Assembly (NCBI GenBank): GCA_043228905.1
Contig: JBHGNT010000001.1
Coordinates: forward strand, 10,664,001-10,728,000
Direction: 5' to 3'
DNA from: Azolla caroliniana
Taxonomy: Eukaryota; Plantae; Polypodiophyta
Length of the DNA stretch: 64,000 nucleotides
Shown: piece by piece, positions 10,801 through 22,992 of the stretch
Layout: the number at the start of each line of letters is the position of its first letter
How positions within the stretch are numbered: the stretch's first letter is position 1
Position numbers and translations under genes: made by a program
Notes under the pieces: generated by a model
The model's database searches: none
Told to the model about the DNA's origin: nothing
What the model saw: only the letters and a program-made list of their open reading frames with translations

Positions 10801-12189
10801 GTGCCCCGTATTCGAATAAGTGGTTTACAGTGCCGAAGAAGAACGGCACGCTGTGCTTCATTCAGGACCTGCAACCGGTCAACAAGGTGACCATCCGCAA
10901 TGCAGGAATCGGACCGGCCATAGACGAGTTCGCGGAGGCCTTCGCTGGAAGGTCGATCTATTCTGTTGGTGATCTGTACTCGGGGTACGATCAGTTCCAA
11001 CTAGCCATGGAGAGCAAAGACATTACGACGATGCGGACTCCTCTCGGCCTAGTGCGGATGTGTACCCTGCCACAAGGAGGGATGAACTTAGTGACTCACA
11101 TGGTGAAAGCGATGAACAAAGTGCTCAGGGATTGTATCCCGGACATCACCATGCCATTCTTAGACGACATCCCGATCAGGGGATGCTCGGTGGAGGAAAA
11201 GGACGAGGCAATTGGGCAGGACGGATGTCGGAATTTCGTGGCGTCCCACATCGATGATTGTGAGAAGGTGCTACAGAGACTAGAAGGCGCGAGGCTCACC
11301 TTCTTCATGGAAAAGTCGGCCTTCGGGAAATCAGAGATCATGGTCATCGGGCACCTATGCAGACCATACGGTCGGAAACCGTCTCCGGCCAAGGTGGAAG
11401 CCATCTCCGCGATGAAGCATGACTGCAATTCGGTCACGGAGGTCCGTAGATTCTTGGGAGCATGCGCGTTGTCGAGGTATTCCTTGCGGATGCGTGGAAT
11501 GAGGCCGGGCCTCGGGGGTCTTGTACCGAAGAGCAAGAGACAAAGGAGAAGGGAAGGGACCCACTACGTGTGGGCGTAGATTCACAGGGACACGACCCTT
11601 CGACACAAAGACGCGAGTGGGACACCGACGCAAAGAGACACGAATGTATGTATATATATATTAACAAGGACAAACAACAAGAAGCACGAAGTCGGTTACA
11701 ACCGAACCCGAACAGGCCGGCGAACAGATGTCGATGCCTGTTCGTAAACGCTCAGAAAGAAAGGAATAGGTTGGAGGTGCTGCCGGAAGCACTCGGGCAT
11801 TCCTCTGAGCAGCGCGAGCCTCCCGAAAACCTGCACAGGAAGAAGCTACGGAGTATGGAAGAGAGAGAAGCCTTCGGCCGACAACCCGATAGCACTTCGT
11901 CCTCTCTAACCGCGATTCCTCTTTCCTCCCCGTCTCCCTCCTTTTATAGGCAAGAAAGGAGCCGTTTCCCATTAACTTCCTACCTACCGAATCTACCTAC
12001 CTAGGATCTTCTATGTACCTAATTCTCTCTTATGTACAACATAAGGCGTACGTGCATGAAGAGCCGGTTCTTACGCTCCGGTGCACCGATTCCGCTTGTG
12101 GACGGTTTTCTTCACGACATCCGCCCCCACCTAACCGCGCATCCACCGGCATGCGCCAATTGAGTTGGGACGGAGAAAACCGGTCCAGT

Positions 12190-15100
12190 CTTCATTCCCC
12201 TGCCCGTCGGTTCTTCCTCGGTTTCGGATCGTTCGTCGTCGCGGTTTAGGTTAACCGGATCTGGCTCGTCGTCGTGACGCTTCTTGAACGCTTTGATCCG
12301 CTTCCCAGCTACTGGTTTCGCCATTCTCGTGCCGTCGAGTTCCGCCAGATGGTACGTCCCATTGTCGTTGGCGCTTTGTACCACGTAAGGCCCGAACCAC
12401 CTTCTTGCGAACTTCCGTGTCGCTCGGTGCTGGTTGTCGAGGCTGCTGTCGTAGACTAACACCTAGTCGCCTTCCTCGATCTTCTTTGGTTGGAGCCGGT
12501 GCGTTCGGTCAAACCGGGCTTTGTTCCTCGTCCTTGCCACCCGAAGCTTTCCCGCAACCTGCTCCACGTCCTCCGGTCTTCGCTCGAGCTGTCGTATGCG
12601 CGTCGCCAACAGGTCCTCCTGGCTCATCTCGTCTTTCCAGTCCACGGTTGCCCATGAGGAGATCGTACGTTCCATCGGCATGATTGGCTTCTGCCCAAAC
12701 ATCAGCTCTGCCGGCATGAATCCGGTTACCGAACTGTGCGTAGTTCGGTCCGCCCACAACGCGTAAGGCAACAGCCGCGGCCAGTTCCCGACTTGACCTC
12801 CGCATGCCCGAACTAACGCCTTGACGATCGGTCCGTGTCCGCGCTCCACCTTCCCATTCGCCTCTGGATTGTACGCAGTGGTAAGCGAGAGCTTGACTCC
12901 TAGCCGGTCGAACAACTCCTCGGCCTCTTCGGCGTCCAACTCCCCGCGATCAGCCACGATCTTCCCGACGCACCCGTACCGGCATATCACGTCCTTGATC
13001 AGGAACCAACATACGGCCGCGGTCGTTTTGTTCTGAAGGGCTCGGCCTTCCACCTCGTTCGTCAGATATTCCCGAGCCAGGACCAGATACCGCATCTGTC
13101 CTACTCCCATCGGCATCGTCACCAGATCTACCATCCATTTGAAGTGGATGGTCGGAGGGTACGTAGGGTGAAGCTCGTCCCGATGTCGGACTATGGAGTG
13201 CATCTGACAGCTCTCGCAAGTTGTCACGAACCGATGCACATCCTGGTACAGTCCCGGCCACCAGTACTTCCCCTTTATCTTCTCAAACGTGGCCCACGTT
13301 CCATGGTGTCCAACCCAAGGGCTGTCGTGGTAGGCCGTCAGCAGCTCCTCCTGTTCTTCCCTCATCGCCACCACCTGGAGCGGGACGCCGTTCCTCTTCT
13401 TCGGGTGCTTCCATAAGTATCCGTCCCGGAGAAAGAATCGGTATGCTTTCTTCCAGATCCGGTTGGCCTCGTCCCTCGTCCATGACGCATCCGGCGTCAT
13501 TGTCCTCAAAAAACCACCGATCTGTAGCCACTCGCCATCGTACTTGCTCTCGTCGAAGCCGTTAAGTGCCGGAGTGCTCGCCCCATCGGTCGTCACGTAC
13601 GCCGCCTCGAAGAAGTCCACGCCGACTTCTTCGTCCTCCGAAACCATGCCGCCCTCGTCATCAAACCTCGCCTTCGAAAGCATGTCGGCCATGGCGTTGT
13701 CCTTTCCGGAAATGTGTCGTATTTCCAGGTCCAGGGACTTGATGTACGCTATCCACCTGAGCATCGCCAGGTCCGGTGTCGCGCATCCGGAGACCATGCC
13801 AAGAATTGGCAGGCAATCCGTCTCGATAATCACTTCTGTCCCGATCAGGTAGTCTTTGTCGGCCTTTACTGCCGAAACGATACCCCAGAGTTCGCGTTTA
13901 ACCTGGGCGTACCCTCGCTGTCGCTCACTGAGGACCTTTGCGCCGAATCGGATCGGGAACCGAATGCCGTCCTCGTCTTCTTGGTTGAAGACCCACCCGA
14001 TCCCGGTTGGACTCGTATCCACCGTTATGTATACCGGGGTACCCTTCTCGTAGACAGCCTTCCGGAGCGCCAGTGCTACCGCAAGAGCTTCCTTCAGCTT
14101 CCGGACCGACTCCGTGTGCTCGTCTCGCCACTTGAATTTTCGCCCTTTCTTCAGCAACCCGTATAGCGGCTCCGCAACGTGGGCGTAATGCGGGATCCAT
14201 ATGTGGTAGAATGTGCACGCCCCCAGGAACCTCCGAACTTCCGTAACCGAGCTACAGTCGGTCTTCATCACGGAGATGGCTTCTACCTTTGCCGGAGACG
14301 GCTTCCGGCCATATGGTCCACATAGGTGTCCGACCACCAGGATTTCTGATTGCCCGAAGGCCGATTTCTCCCCGGAGAAGGTGAGCCTCACAACCTCTAG
14401 CCTTTGTTGCACCTTCTCGCAGTCGTCGATGTGTGTCGCCACGAATTGCCGGCATCCGTCCGGTCCGAGTGTCTCGTCCTTCTCTTCCACCGGGCACCCC
14501 TTGATCGGGATGTCGTCTAGAAATGGCATGGTGATGTCCGGGATGCAATCCCTCAGTACCTTATTCATTGCATTCACCATGTGGGCCACCGAGTTGGTCC
14601 CTCCTTGTGGCAGGGTACACATTCGCACTAGGCCGAGGGGAGTTAGCATCGTCGTAATGTCTCTGCTCTCCACGGCTAGCTGGAACTGGTCGTACCCCGA
14701 GTACAGGTCACCGACCGAGTAAATCAACCTTCCGGCGAAGGCCTCCGCGAACTCGTCTATGGTTGGTCCGATTCCTGCGTTCCGAATGGTCACTCTGTTG
14801 ACCGGCTGCAGGTCTTGAATGAAGCGCAATGTTCCGTTTTTCTTTGGTACGGTAAACCACCGGTTCGAGTATGGGGCACTTGACGGTTCGAGAATGCCCA
14901 TATCGACTTTCTGCCTCAATAGCTCCATCAACTTCAGGATGTGAGCTCTCGGTACTGGAATCAGCTTGAGATTCCATGGTACATGCGGTACCGTGAATAT
15001 CACCATCGACTCCACGATTGTCGGGTCTACGCACCCGTTCTCTTCCGGTGAGAATGCGAAGGCTTTCCCGTGCCTTCCGAGCATCCTCCGAAACCGGTCT

Positions 15101-15714
15101 TCCTCCACCGGCAGTAGGAACCCGCCCCCACCTATTTTTGAGCTCCCGGAGCGTCCCGTCGGTGAAGGTGTGTCCTGTGCGGACCGGATCTCGTAAACTG
15201 GGGTCCGACGCAACCCCTTTGATCCGGGACTCGCTGCCCTCTGGTAAGGGTGCCGCGACTGGCCTTACCTTCCGGTCCACAGTCTTGTACTTTGTGCTAA
15301 CTCGGGCCGTCCGATCCGACTCGAGCCCCTGACTGAAGTTCGTGATGACTTCGTACATCTCTTCTGAACATACCGGTATCGTCCGGTCTTCGTTAAGGTC
15401 TTCTCCGGCTACCTTCTTCAGCATCCCCAAGGTGTCGTCGAAGGAGACCGCCTCCACGGCTCCGCTGATTTCCTCGTCCGGGCCGAGAACTCCGCACGCT
15501 CGAAGTCGAACTTCTGCCCTTGCCTTTTTTCGGCCAACGATGACGACTATCATACACCCTCCGTTGTTGGAGAAGCAAAATTTTTTACTTATCGTACAAG
15601 GTTTCTTCGGTTTCGAGGTTTCTTCGGTTTCTGTTCTATCGTACAGTTGTGGGGTCTTTCCCGAGTGTCCGTACTATCTCGGCCCCACGCCTTGGCAGCC
15701 CTCTTTAAAAATCC
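12190..15714 (-). pseudogene. pol: E3 pol (RT-RNase H-integrase)
   Basis: ORF 12463-15213 has the RT, RH and INT motifs. A 17-nt duplication near 15600, a frameshift near 15135 and a stop at 12463 disrupt it. Confidence 0.9.
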
Positions 15715-17831
15715 TCCCGGTTCTCGCCATCGAGGGATTCGCGGTTTCGCTCGTGGTTCGGTCGCACCGTCAGAAATTGGACCGAATGGCGCCCGTCCTG
15801 GCTTTTGACCCTCGCGTAGGCCGAACCGTTGTCTAGCACCTTGGTCTCAATCCGCGCCGCCGTGATGTATGGTTCCCCTAATATGACCGGGTGCGAGGAC
15901 GTACCCTGTACAAAGAAGTGCTGGTCAATCTCGACGTCGCCGATCTTGACTCGCACGTTCGGGCAGGCCCCATGCAGTTCCTCGGTGGCGCGCGTCGCCG
16001 CCCCTATCTTCCACCCGTGCTTGGTGTTGATCGGCCACTTTCCCTTCTTATAGAAGTCCATGGACATCAGGTTGATTTCCGAACCGTGGTCCACCAGTGC
16101 CACCACCGGTTCCTGAACACCTCCGATCTTTACCGGGGTCTCCGTGGTCGCTCGGGCCCAGTGTGGCCTCGAATAGTGGCTCTCCGCCCACTCATCTTCC
16201 AACGCCAAGTCGTCGATGTGCGTCGTCCGCACCTCCACCGATCTTTCCGGTTCCGTCTCCGTCGACAACCTCTTCCGCTTCACCAAGTCCACAATGGAGT
16301 CGTGGAACTCCTTCTTAGCGATCCCTAGCACCTCTCGCAATGACAGCTCCACTTTGCTGTCGAGGATCCGTTCTTCTAGGACCTTTCGTAGGTCTGTGGT
16401 CCTTTCTATTTCCGTCCCCAGTCGGTATCCGCCCTTCCTAGGGTTATCTTGCGCGCTGGACCCATCGGCTTCGTTCCGTCGTTGCCCAAATCGGGTCTCG
16501 TATCGTTGTGAGGGCCCGGCCGCTCCGGCTTTCCCCACTTGTTTGTCTTCTACCAGAGCCTCGTAGTTCCGGCAGGCGGCTTCTACGAAGCCCGTCTTCT
16601 CCTCGACCGGGTCGCTCCACTCGGCTATTCCCCGGACCCGTCTCTCAGCGTGGTCCGCTTCATCTTTCCTCAGCCGTGCGCCGGCGAGGCCTTCCAGCAT
16701 TGCCGACCAGAATCCGTCTTTGCCCTCCTTCCGGGCCTCGCTGCCCCCGACCCGAATACCGGTCGACGCCGAGTAGTGGATGGCCTCCACGTGTCGGGCC
16801 GCTGCCTCTTCCATCAGTCTCTTCATACCTCCTCGCCCGTCGTTCCGGTTTAGGGCCCTTCTGGTATCGCCGGCGTGCACCCGGCCTTCCCATAGGTACA
16901 CCACCCGGTTCCTCAACGCCTCTCTGAAATCGCCGCAGTCCTTCTGAATGTGGCCGACCTCGTCGCACCACATGCACCTGTTCCCTGCTGCCGGCCATCG
17001 GTCACGAGCCGGTTCGCCGCCTTCCCTTCGAGTCTGGGCGATCTGAAGATTCTTTATCGCCCGCGTCAACTCCTCCAGCGTTGCTCCTCCGGACGAGTCA
17101 TTGACCATGCCGGTCGGAGCCGAACCGGTTTCGAGCCACTCCCGGGTCTCTGCCCTTCGCCCTTGCGGTGCGGGTTCAAGCCTCCTTGCTGTGACAGAGC
17201 CCACACCGGCCGCCCCGTTGTCAGCCCGTTCTCGCCGTTTGTCGTAACGGCCACAGACTCTCTTAACCGCAGCCCAGTCAGTCGTCAGCCCTTCTTCGGT
17301 TTCTAGCAAGTAGCCGACTTGATCCCGGTCCCGCTCGTCCACCGACTTGACGAACAGTAGGACCCGGCTTGTATCCAGAACGGTTCTGTCAAGCGCCGAA
17401 AGGCGCGCAAAGCGTTCCTCAAACTCCCGGAGGAGTGCCGACGCGTTTCTTCCCTTGCCGGGGGACTCCACCCATTCCATGAAGTTCCGTTTCGAAAGCC
17501 GGAGCGCGTCGTCCAGCCCGTATTTTTCTAGGAGTCGGCCTTCGAACTCCTCCCAGGTACGGCTCTCCGCCCGTACCTCGAGCACCTCCGCATGGATGCT
17601 CGACATTGCCACTCGAGGGAACCCGACAAGACGCCTCTCTTCCAGAATGTCCCGCATCAGCATTTCTGCCCCGTAGGACGCCAAATACTTCGTGGCATCC
17701 TTTCCGCGGAACCGGCCGATCGTACCGACGACCACCTCAATGCCTCTGTCGAGGGCGCCGGTGCCCTCGCGTGCGCTCAATATCCGATCCACGGCCGAAG
17801 CCATGACCTCCGCAAGATCCGACCCCTTCAT
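15705..17831 (-). CDS. gag: E3 Gag-protease (intact ORF)
   Basis: Colinear with E1 Gag-PR; CCHC knuckle and DHG motif present. Confidence 0.88.
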   Translation of the reverse strand: MKGSDLAEVMASAVDRILSAREGTGALDRGIEVVVGTIGRFRGKDATKYLASYGAEMLMRDILEERRLVGFPRVAMSSIHAEVLEVRAESRTWEEFEGRLLEKYGLDDALRLSKRNFMEWVESPGKGRNASALLREFEERFARLSALDRTVLDTSRVLLFVKSVDERDRDQVGYLLETEEGLTTDWAAVKRVCGRYDKRRERADNGAAGVGSVTARRLEPAPQGRRAETREWLETGSAPTGMVNDSSGGATLEELTRAIKNLQIAQTRREGGEPARDRWPAAGNRCMWCDEVGHIQKDCGDFREALRNRVVYLWEGRVHAGDTRRALNRNDGRGGMKRLMEEAAARHVEAIHYSASTGIRVGGSEARKEGKDGFWSAMLEGLAGARLRKDEADHAERRVRGIAEWSDPVEEKTGFVEAACRNYEALVEDKQVGKAGAAGPSQRYETRFGQRRNEADGSSAQDNPRKGGYRLGTEIERTTDLRKVLEERILDSKVELSLREVLGIAKKEFHDSIVDLVKRKRLSTETEPERSVEVRTTHIDDLALEDEWAESHYSRPHWARATTETPVKIGGVQEPVVALVDHGSEINLMSMDFYKKGKWPINTKHGWKIGAATRATEELHGACPNVRVKIGDVEIDQHFFVQGTSSHPVILGEPYITAARIETKVLDNGSAYARVKSQDGRHSVQFLTVRPNHERNRESLDGENREDF

Positions 17832-20800
17832 CTTCTGCTCTTCTGCCGCCTCCTTCACATCGGGTTCACCAAGATGTCGAGGTATTCCTTGCGGATGCGT
17901 GGAATGAGGCGGGGCCTCGGGGGTCTTGTACCGAAGAGCAAGAGACAAAGGAGAAGGGAAGGGACCCACTACGTGTGGGCGTAGATTCACGGGACACGGC
18001 CCTTCGACACAAAGACGCGAGTGGGACACCGACGCAGAGAGAAACGAATGTATGTATATATATATTAATAAGGACAAACAACAAGAAGCAGGAAGTCGGT
18101 TACAACCGAACAGGCCGGCGAACAGATGCCGATGCCTATTCGTAAACGCTCAGAAAGAAAGGAGTAGGTTGGAGGTGTTGCCGGAAGCACTCGGGCCTTC
18201 CTCAGAGCAGCGCGAGCCTCCCGAAAACCTGCATAGGAAGAAGCTACGGAGTATGGAAGAGAGAGAAGCCTTCGGCTGACAACCCGACAGCAGTTCGTCC
18301 TCTTTAACCACAATTCCTCTTTCCTCCCCGTCTCCCTCCTTTTATAGGCAAGAAAGAAGCCGTTTCCCATTAACTTCCTACCTACCGAATCTACCTACCT
18401 AGGATCTTCTATGTACCTAATTCTCTCTTATGTACAACATAAGGCGTACGTGCATGAAGAGCCGGTTCCTACGCTCCGGTGCACCGATTCCGCTTGTGGA
18501 CGGTTTTCTTCGCGACAACGTTCTACCACATCTGGATCCCGCACTACGTACATGTCGCGGAACCCCTCTACGGACTATTGAAAAAGGGGCGTAGCTTTGA
18601 GTGGAGAACGGAGCACACGGAGTCGGTACGGAGACTAAAGGAGGCGCTTACGGTAGCGCCAACTCTCCGTAAAGCGGTTTACGGCAAGGATGTTCCCATT
18701 TGCGTGACGATGGACACCAACTCGACCGGGATCGGGTGGGTGACCAGTCAAGAGGACAAGGATGGCGTACGATTCCCGATCCCGTTCGGGGCGAAGGTAT
18801 TGAGCGAGCGGCAGCGAGGATACACCCAAGTTAAGCGCGAGCTTTGGGGTGTCGTTTCGGCAGTCAAGGCCGACAAGGATAATCTGATCGGGACGGAGGT
18901 GATCATCGAGACAGACTGCTTGCCGATACTCAGCATGGTTTCTGGATGCGCGACGCCGAACCTAGCAATGCTCCGGTGGATAGCATACATTAAGTCCATG
19001 AACCCGGAGATACGACACATCTCCAGAAAGGACAACGCCATGGCCGACATGCTTTCAAGGGCAAGGTTCAACGACGAAGATGGCATGGTTTCGGATGATG
19101 AAGAAGTCAGCGAGGACTTCTTCGGGTCGGCTAACGTAACGATGAGGAAAGGGAACACTCCGGCGCTTAACGAATTTGACGAAAGTAGGTATGACGGGGA
19201 GTGGCTCCAAATCGGGAGGTTCCTAGGATGATGACGCTGGACGCAGCATGGGCGAGAGAGGAGGCGAGCCGGGTATGGAAGAAGGTGTACCGATTCTTCC
19301 TGCGGGATGGGTGCATATGGAGGCACCCAAAGAAGAGAAGCGGCATCCCACTCCGAGTAGTGGCAAAGAAAGAAGAACAGGGGAAACTACTGGCAGCATT
19401 TCACGAGAGCCCCTGGGCCGGACACCGCGGAACGTGGGCCACGTTCAAGAAGCTGAAGGAGAAGTACTGGTGGTCGGGGCTGTACCGGGACGTGCATCGG
19501 TTCGTAACGACTTGCGAAAGCTGCCAGATGCACTCCGTAGTCCGACACCGGGACGAGCTACACCCGACCTACCCGCCTACGGTCCATTTCAAGTGGATGG
19601 TAGACTTGGTGACGATGCCGATGGGGGTAGGACAGATGCGATACCTGGTGCTTGCACGGGAAGACTTAACGAACCAGGTGGAAGGCCGTGCACTGCAAAG
19701 CAAGACAACCACGACGGTATGCCGGTTCCTGATCGAAGAAGTAGTGTGCCGGTACGGGTGCGTCGGGAGGATCGTGGCGGACCGGGGAGAGTTGGATGCG
19801 CGGGAGGCTGAGGAGATGTTCGACCGGCTAGGCGTCAAACTCTCCCTCACTACAGCGTACAATCCGGAGGCAAACGGAAAGGTGGAACGTGGGCACGGGT
19901 CAATCGTAAAGGTGTTGGTGCGTGCTTGCGGAGGGCAGGTCGGGAATTGGCCGCGGCTCCTTCCTTACACACTATGGGCGGACCGAACTAGGCACAGTTC
20001 GATGGCAGGGTTTATGTCGGCAAAGCTGATGTACGGACAGAAGCCGATCATGCCGGTGGAATGGACGGTTTCTTCATGGGTGGCGGTAGATTGGAAGGAC
20101 GAAATGAACCGGGAGAAGTTGCTGGCGGAGGCCGAGGATGTGATACAGGCGAAGGAAAAGCTGCAAGCGGCAAGGGAGCGGAACAAGACCCGGTGTCGTG
20201 AAGAAAACCGTCCACGAGCGGAATCCGTGCACCGGAGCGTAGAAACCGACTCTTCATGCACGTGCGCCTTAAGTTGTACATAGGAGATCCTAGGTAGATT
20301 CGGTAGGTAGGGAGTAAAGGGGAAACGGCTCCTTCCTTACCTATAAAAGGAGGGAGGCGAGGAGGGTAGAGGGATCGCGGGGAGTCGAGGACGAAGTGCT
20401 GTCGGTTGCGTGCGAAGGCTTCTCTCTCTCTCTCTCTCTCTCTCTGGTTCGCAAACTCCATAGCTTCCTTCTGTGTAGGTTTCGGGAGGCTCGCGCTGCT
20501 CTGAGGAATGCTCGAGTGCTTCCGGCAGCACCTCCAGCCTGCTTCTGCCTTTCTGTGCGTTTACGAACAGGTATCGGCATCTGTTCACCGGCCTGTTCGG
20601 TTGTAACCGACTCTGTGTTGTGTTGTTTGTTGTTTGTTAATACATACATACGTTTGTGTCTTCCTGTGTCGCTGTCCCACTCGCGTCCTTGCGTCGAAGG
20701 GCCGTGTCCCTGTGAATCTACTCTCGCACGTAGTGGGCATCTTCTCCTTTCTCTCTTGCTCTTTGGTGTAGGACCCCCGAGGTCCCGCCTCATTCCACGT

Positions 20801-20865
20801 ATCCGCGAGGAAAACCTCGACATCTTGGTGAACCCGACGTGAAGGAGGCGGCAGAAGAGCAGAAG

Positions 20866-22992
20866 ATGAAAGGGTCGGATCTTGCAGAGGCCATGGCTTC
20901 GGCCGTGGATCGGATACTGAGCGCACGCGAGGGCGCCGGCGCCCTCGACAGAGCCATTGAGGCGGTCGTCGGTATGATCGGCCGGTTCAGCGGAAAGGAT
21001 GCCACGAAGTATTTGGCGTCCTACGGGGCAGAAATGCTGATGCGGGACATTCCGGAAGAGAGGCGTCTTGCCGGGTTTCCTCGAGTGGCGATGCCGAGCA
21101 TCCATGCGGAGGTGCTCGAGGTGCGGGCGGAGAGCCGTACCTGGGAGGAGTTCGAAGGCCGACTCCTAGAAAAATACGGGCTGGACGACGCGCTCCGGCT
21201 TTCGAAAAGGGACTTCATGGAATGGGTGGAGTTCCACAGCAAGGGAAGAAACGCGACGGCACTCCTCCGGGAGTTCGAAGAACGCTTTGCGTGCCTTTCG
21301 CCGCTTGACCGAACCGTTCTGGATACGAGCCGGGTCCTACTGTTCGTCAAGTCGGTTGACGAGCGGGACCGGGACCAAGTCGGCTCCTTGCTGGAAACCG
21401 AGGACGGGCTGACAACCGACTGGGTTGGGGTTAAGAGAGTCTGTGGCCGTTTCGATAAACGGCGAGAATGGGCTGACAACGGGGCGGCAAGTGCGGGCTC
21501 TGTCACAACAAGGAGGCTTGAACCGGCACCGCAAGTGCGAAGGGAAGAGACCCGAGAATGGCTCGAAACCGGTCCGGCTTCGACCGGCATGGTCAATGGC
21601 TCGTCCGGAGGAGCAGCGCTGGAGGAGTTGACGCGGGCGATAAAGGATCTCCAGATCGCCCAGACTCGAAGGGAAGGCGGCGAACCGGCTCGTGACCGAC
21701 GGCCGGCAGTAGGGAACAGGTGCATGTGGTGCGACGAGGTCGGCCACATCCGGAAGGACTGCGGCGATTTCGCAGAAGCGTTGAGGAACCGGTTGGTGTA
21801 CCTGTGGGAAGGCCGGGTGCACGCCGGCGACACCAGAAGGGCCCTAAACCGAAACGACGGACGAGGAGGTATGAAGAGACTGATGGAAGAGGCAGCGGCC
21901 CGACACGTGGAGGCCATCCACTACTCGGCGTTGGCCGGCATTCGGGTCGGGGGCAGCGAGGCCCGAAAGGAGGGCAAAGACGGATTCTGGTCGGCAATGC
22001 TGGAAGGTCTTGCCGGCGCACGGTTGAAGAAGGATGAAACGGACCGCGCTGAGAGACGGGTCCGGGAATTAACCGGGTGGAGCGATCCGGTCGAGGAGAA
22101 GACGGGCTTCGTAGAAGCCGTCTGCCAGAACTACGAGCCTCTGGTAGAAGACAAGGGAGTGGGGAAAGCCGGAGCGGCCGGGCCCTCACAACGATACGAG
22201 ACCCGATTCGGGCAACGACGGAACGATGCCGGCGGGTCCAGCTCGCAAGATAACCCCAGGAAGGGCGGATACCGACAGGGGACGGAGATAGAAAGGACTA
22301 CGGACCTACGAAAGGTCCTAGAAGAACGGATCCTCGACAGCAAAGTGGGGCTGACATTGCGAGAGGTGTTAAGGATCGCCAAGAAGGAGTTCCACGACTC
22401 CATTGTAGACTTGGTGAAACGGAAGAGGCTGTCGACGGAGACGGATCCGGAAAGACCGGTAGAGGTGCGGACGACGCACATCGACAACTCGGCGCTGGCA
22501 GATGAGTGGGCGGAGAGCCACTATTCGAGGCCACACTGGGCCCGAGCGACCACGGAGACCCCGATAAAGATCGGAGAGGTTCAGGAACCGGTGGTGGCAC
22601 TGGTGGACCACGGTTCGGAAATAAACCTAATGTCCATGGACTTCTATAAGAAGGGAAAGTGGCCGATCAACACCAAGCACGGGTGGAAGATACGGGCGGC
22701 GACGCGCGCCACCGAGGAACTGCATGGGGCCTGCCCGAACGTGCGAGTCAAGATCGACGACGTCGAGATTGACCAACACTTCTTCGTACAGGAGACGTCC
22801 TCGCACCAGGTCATATTAGGGGAACCATACATCACGGCGGCTCGAATGGAGACCAAGGTGCTAGACAACGGTTCGGCCTACGCAAGGGTCAAAAGCCAGG
22901 ACGGGCGCCATTCGGTCCAATTTCTGACCGTGAGAACGAACCACGAGAGGAACCGCGAATCCCTCGGTGGCGAGAACCGGGAGGATTTTTAA
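20866..22992 (+). CDS. gag: E4 Gag-protease (intact ORF)
   Basis: Colinear with E1 Gag-PR. Confidence 0.88.
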   Translation: MKGSDLAEAMASAVDRILSAREGAGALDRAIEAVVGMIGRFSGKDATKYLASYGAEMLMRDIPEERRLAGFPRVAMPSIHAEVLEVRAESRTWEEFEGRLLEKYGLDDALRLSKRDFMEWVEFHSKGRNATALLREFEERFACLSPLDRTVLDTSRVLLFVKSVDERDRDQVGSLLETEDGLTTDWVGVKRVCGRFDKRREWADNGAASAGSVTTRRLEPAPQVRREETREWLETGPASTGMVNGSSGGAALEELTRAIKDLQIAQTRREGGEPARDRRPAVGNRCMWCDEVGHIRKDCGDFAEALRNRLVYLWEGRVHAGDTRRALNRNDGRGGMKRLMEEAAARHVEAIHYSALAGIRVGGSEARKEGKDGFWSAMLEGLAGARLKKDETDRAERRVRELTGWSDPVEEKTGFVEAVCQNYEPLVEDKGVGKAGAAGPSQRYETRFGQRRNDAGGSSSQDNPRKGGYRQGTEIERTTDLRKVLEERILDSKVGLTLREVLRIAKKEFHDSIVDLVKRKRLSTETDPERPVEVRTTHIDNSALADEWAESHYSRPHWARATTETPIKIGEVQEPVVALVDHGSEINLMSMDFYKKGKWPINTKHGWKIRAATRATEELHGACPNVRVKIDDVEIDQHFFVQETSSHQVILGEPYITAARMETKVLDNGSAYARVKSQDGRHSVQFLTVRTNHERNRESLGGENREDF

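Larger units (their letters stand above)
11470..18517 (-). mobile_element. E3: full-length Trp-family Gypsy; LTRs 17875-18517 (5') and 11470-12119 (3')
   Basis: Paired LTRs, PBS, PPT, gag-PR ORF and a 916-aa pol segment. TSD GCGT/ACGT (one transition). Confidence 0.96.

Noticed and set aside
17832-18077. N-terminal extension giving a 790-aa E3 Gag
   Set aside because: It runs through the LTR and PBS from a non-ATG start; the conserved ATG is at 17831
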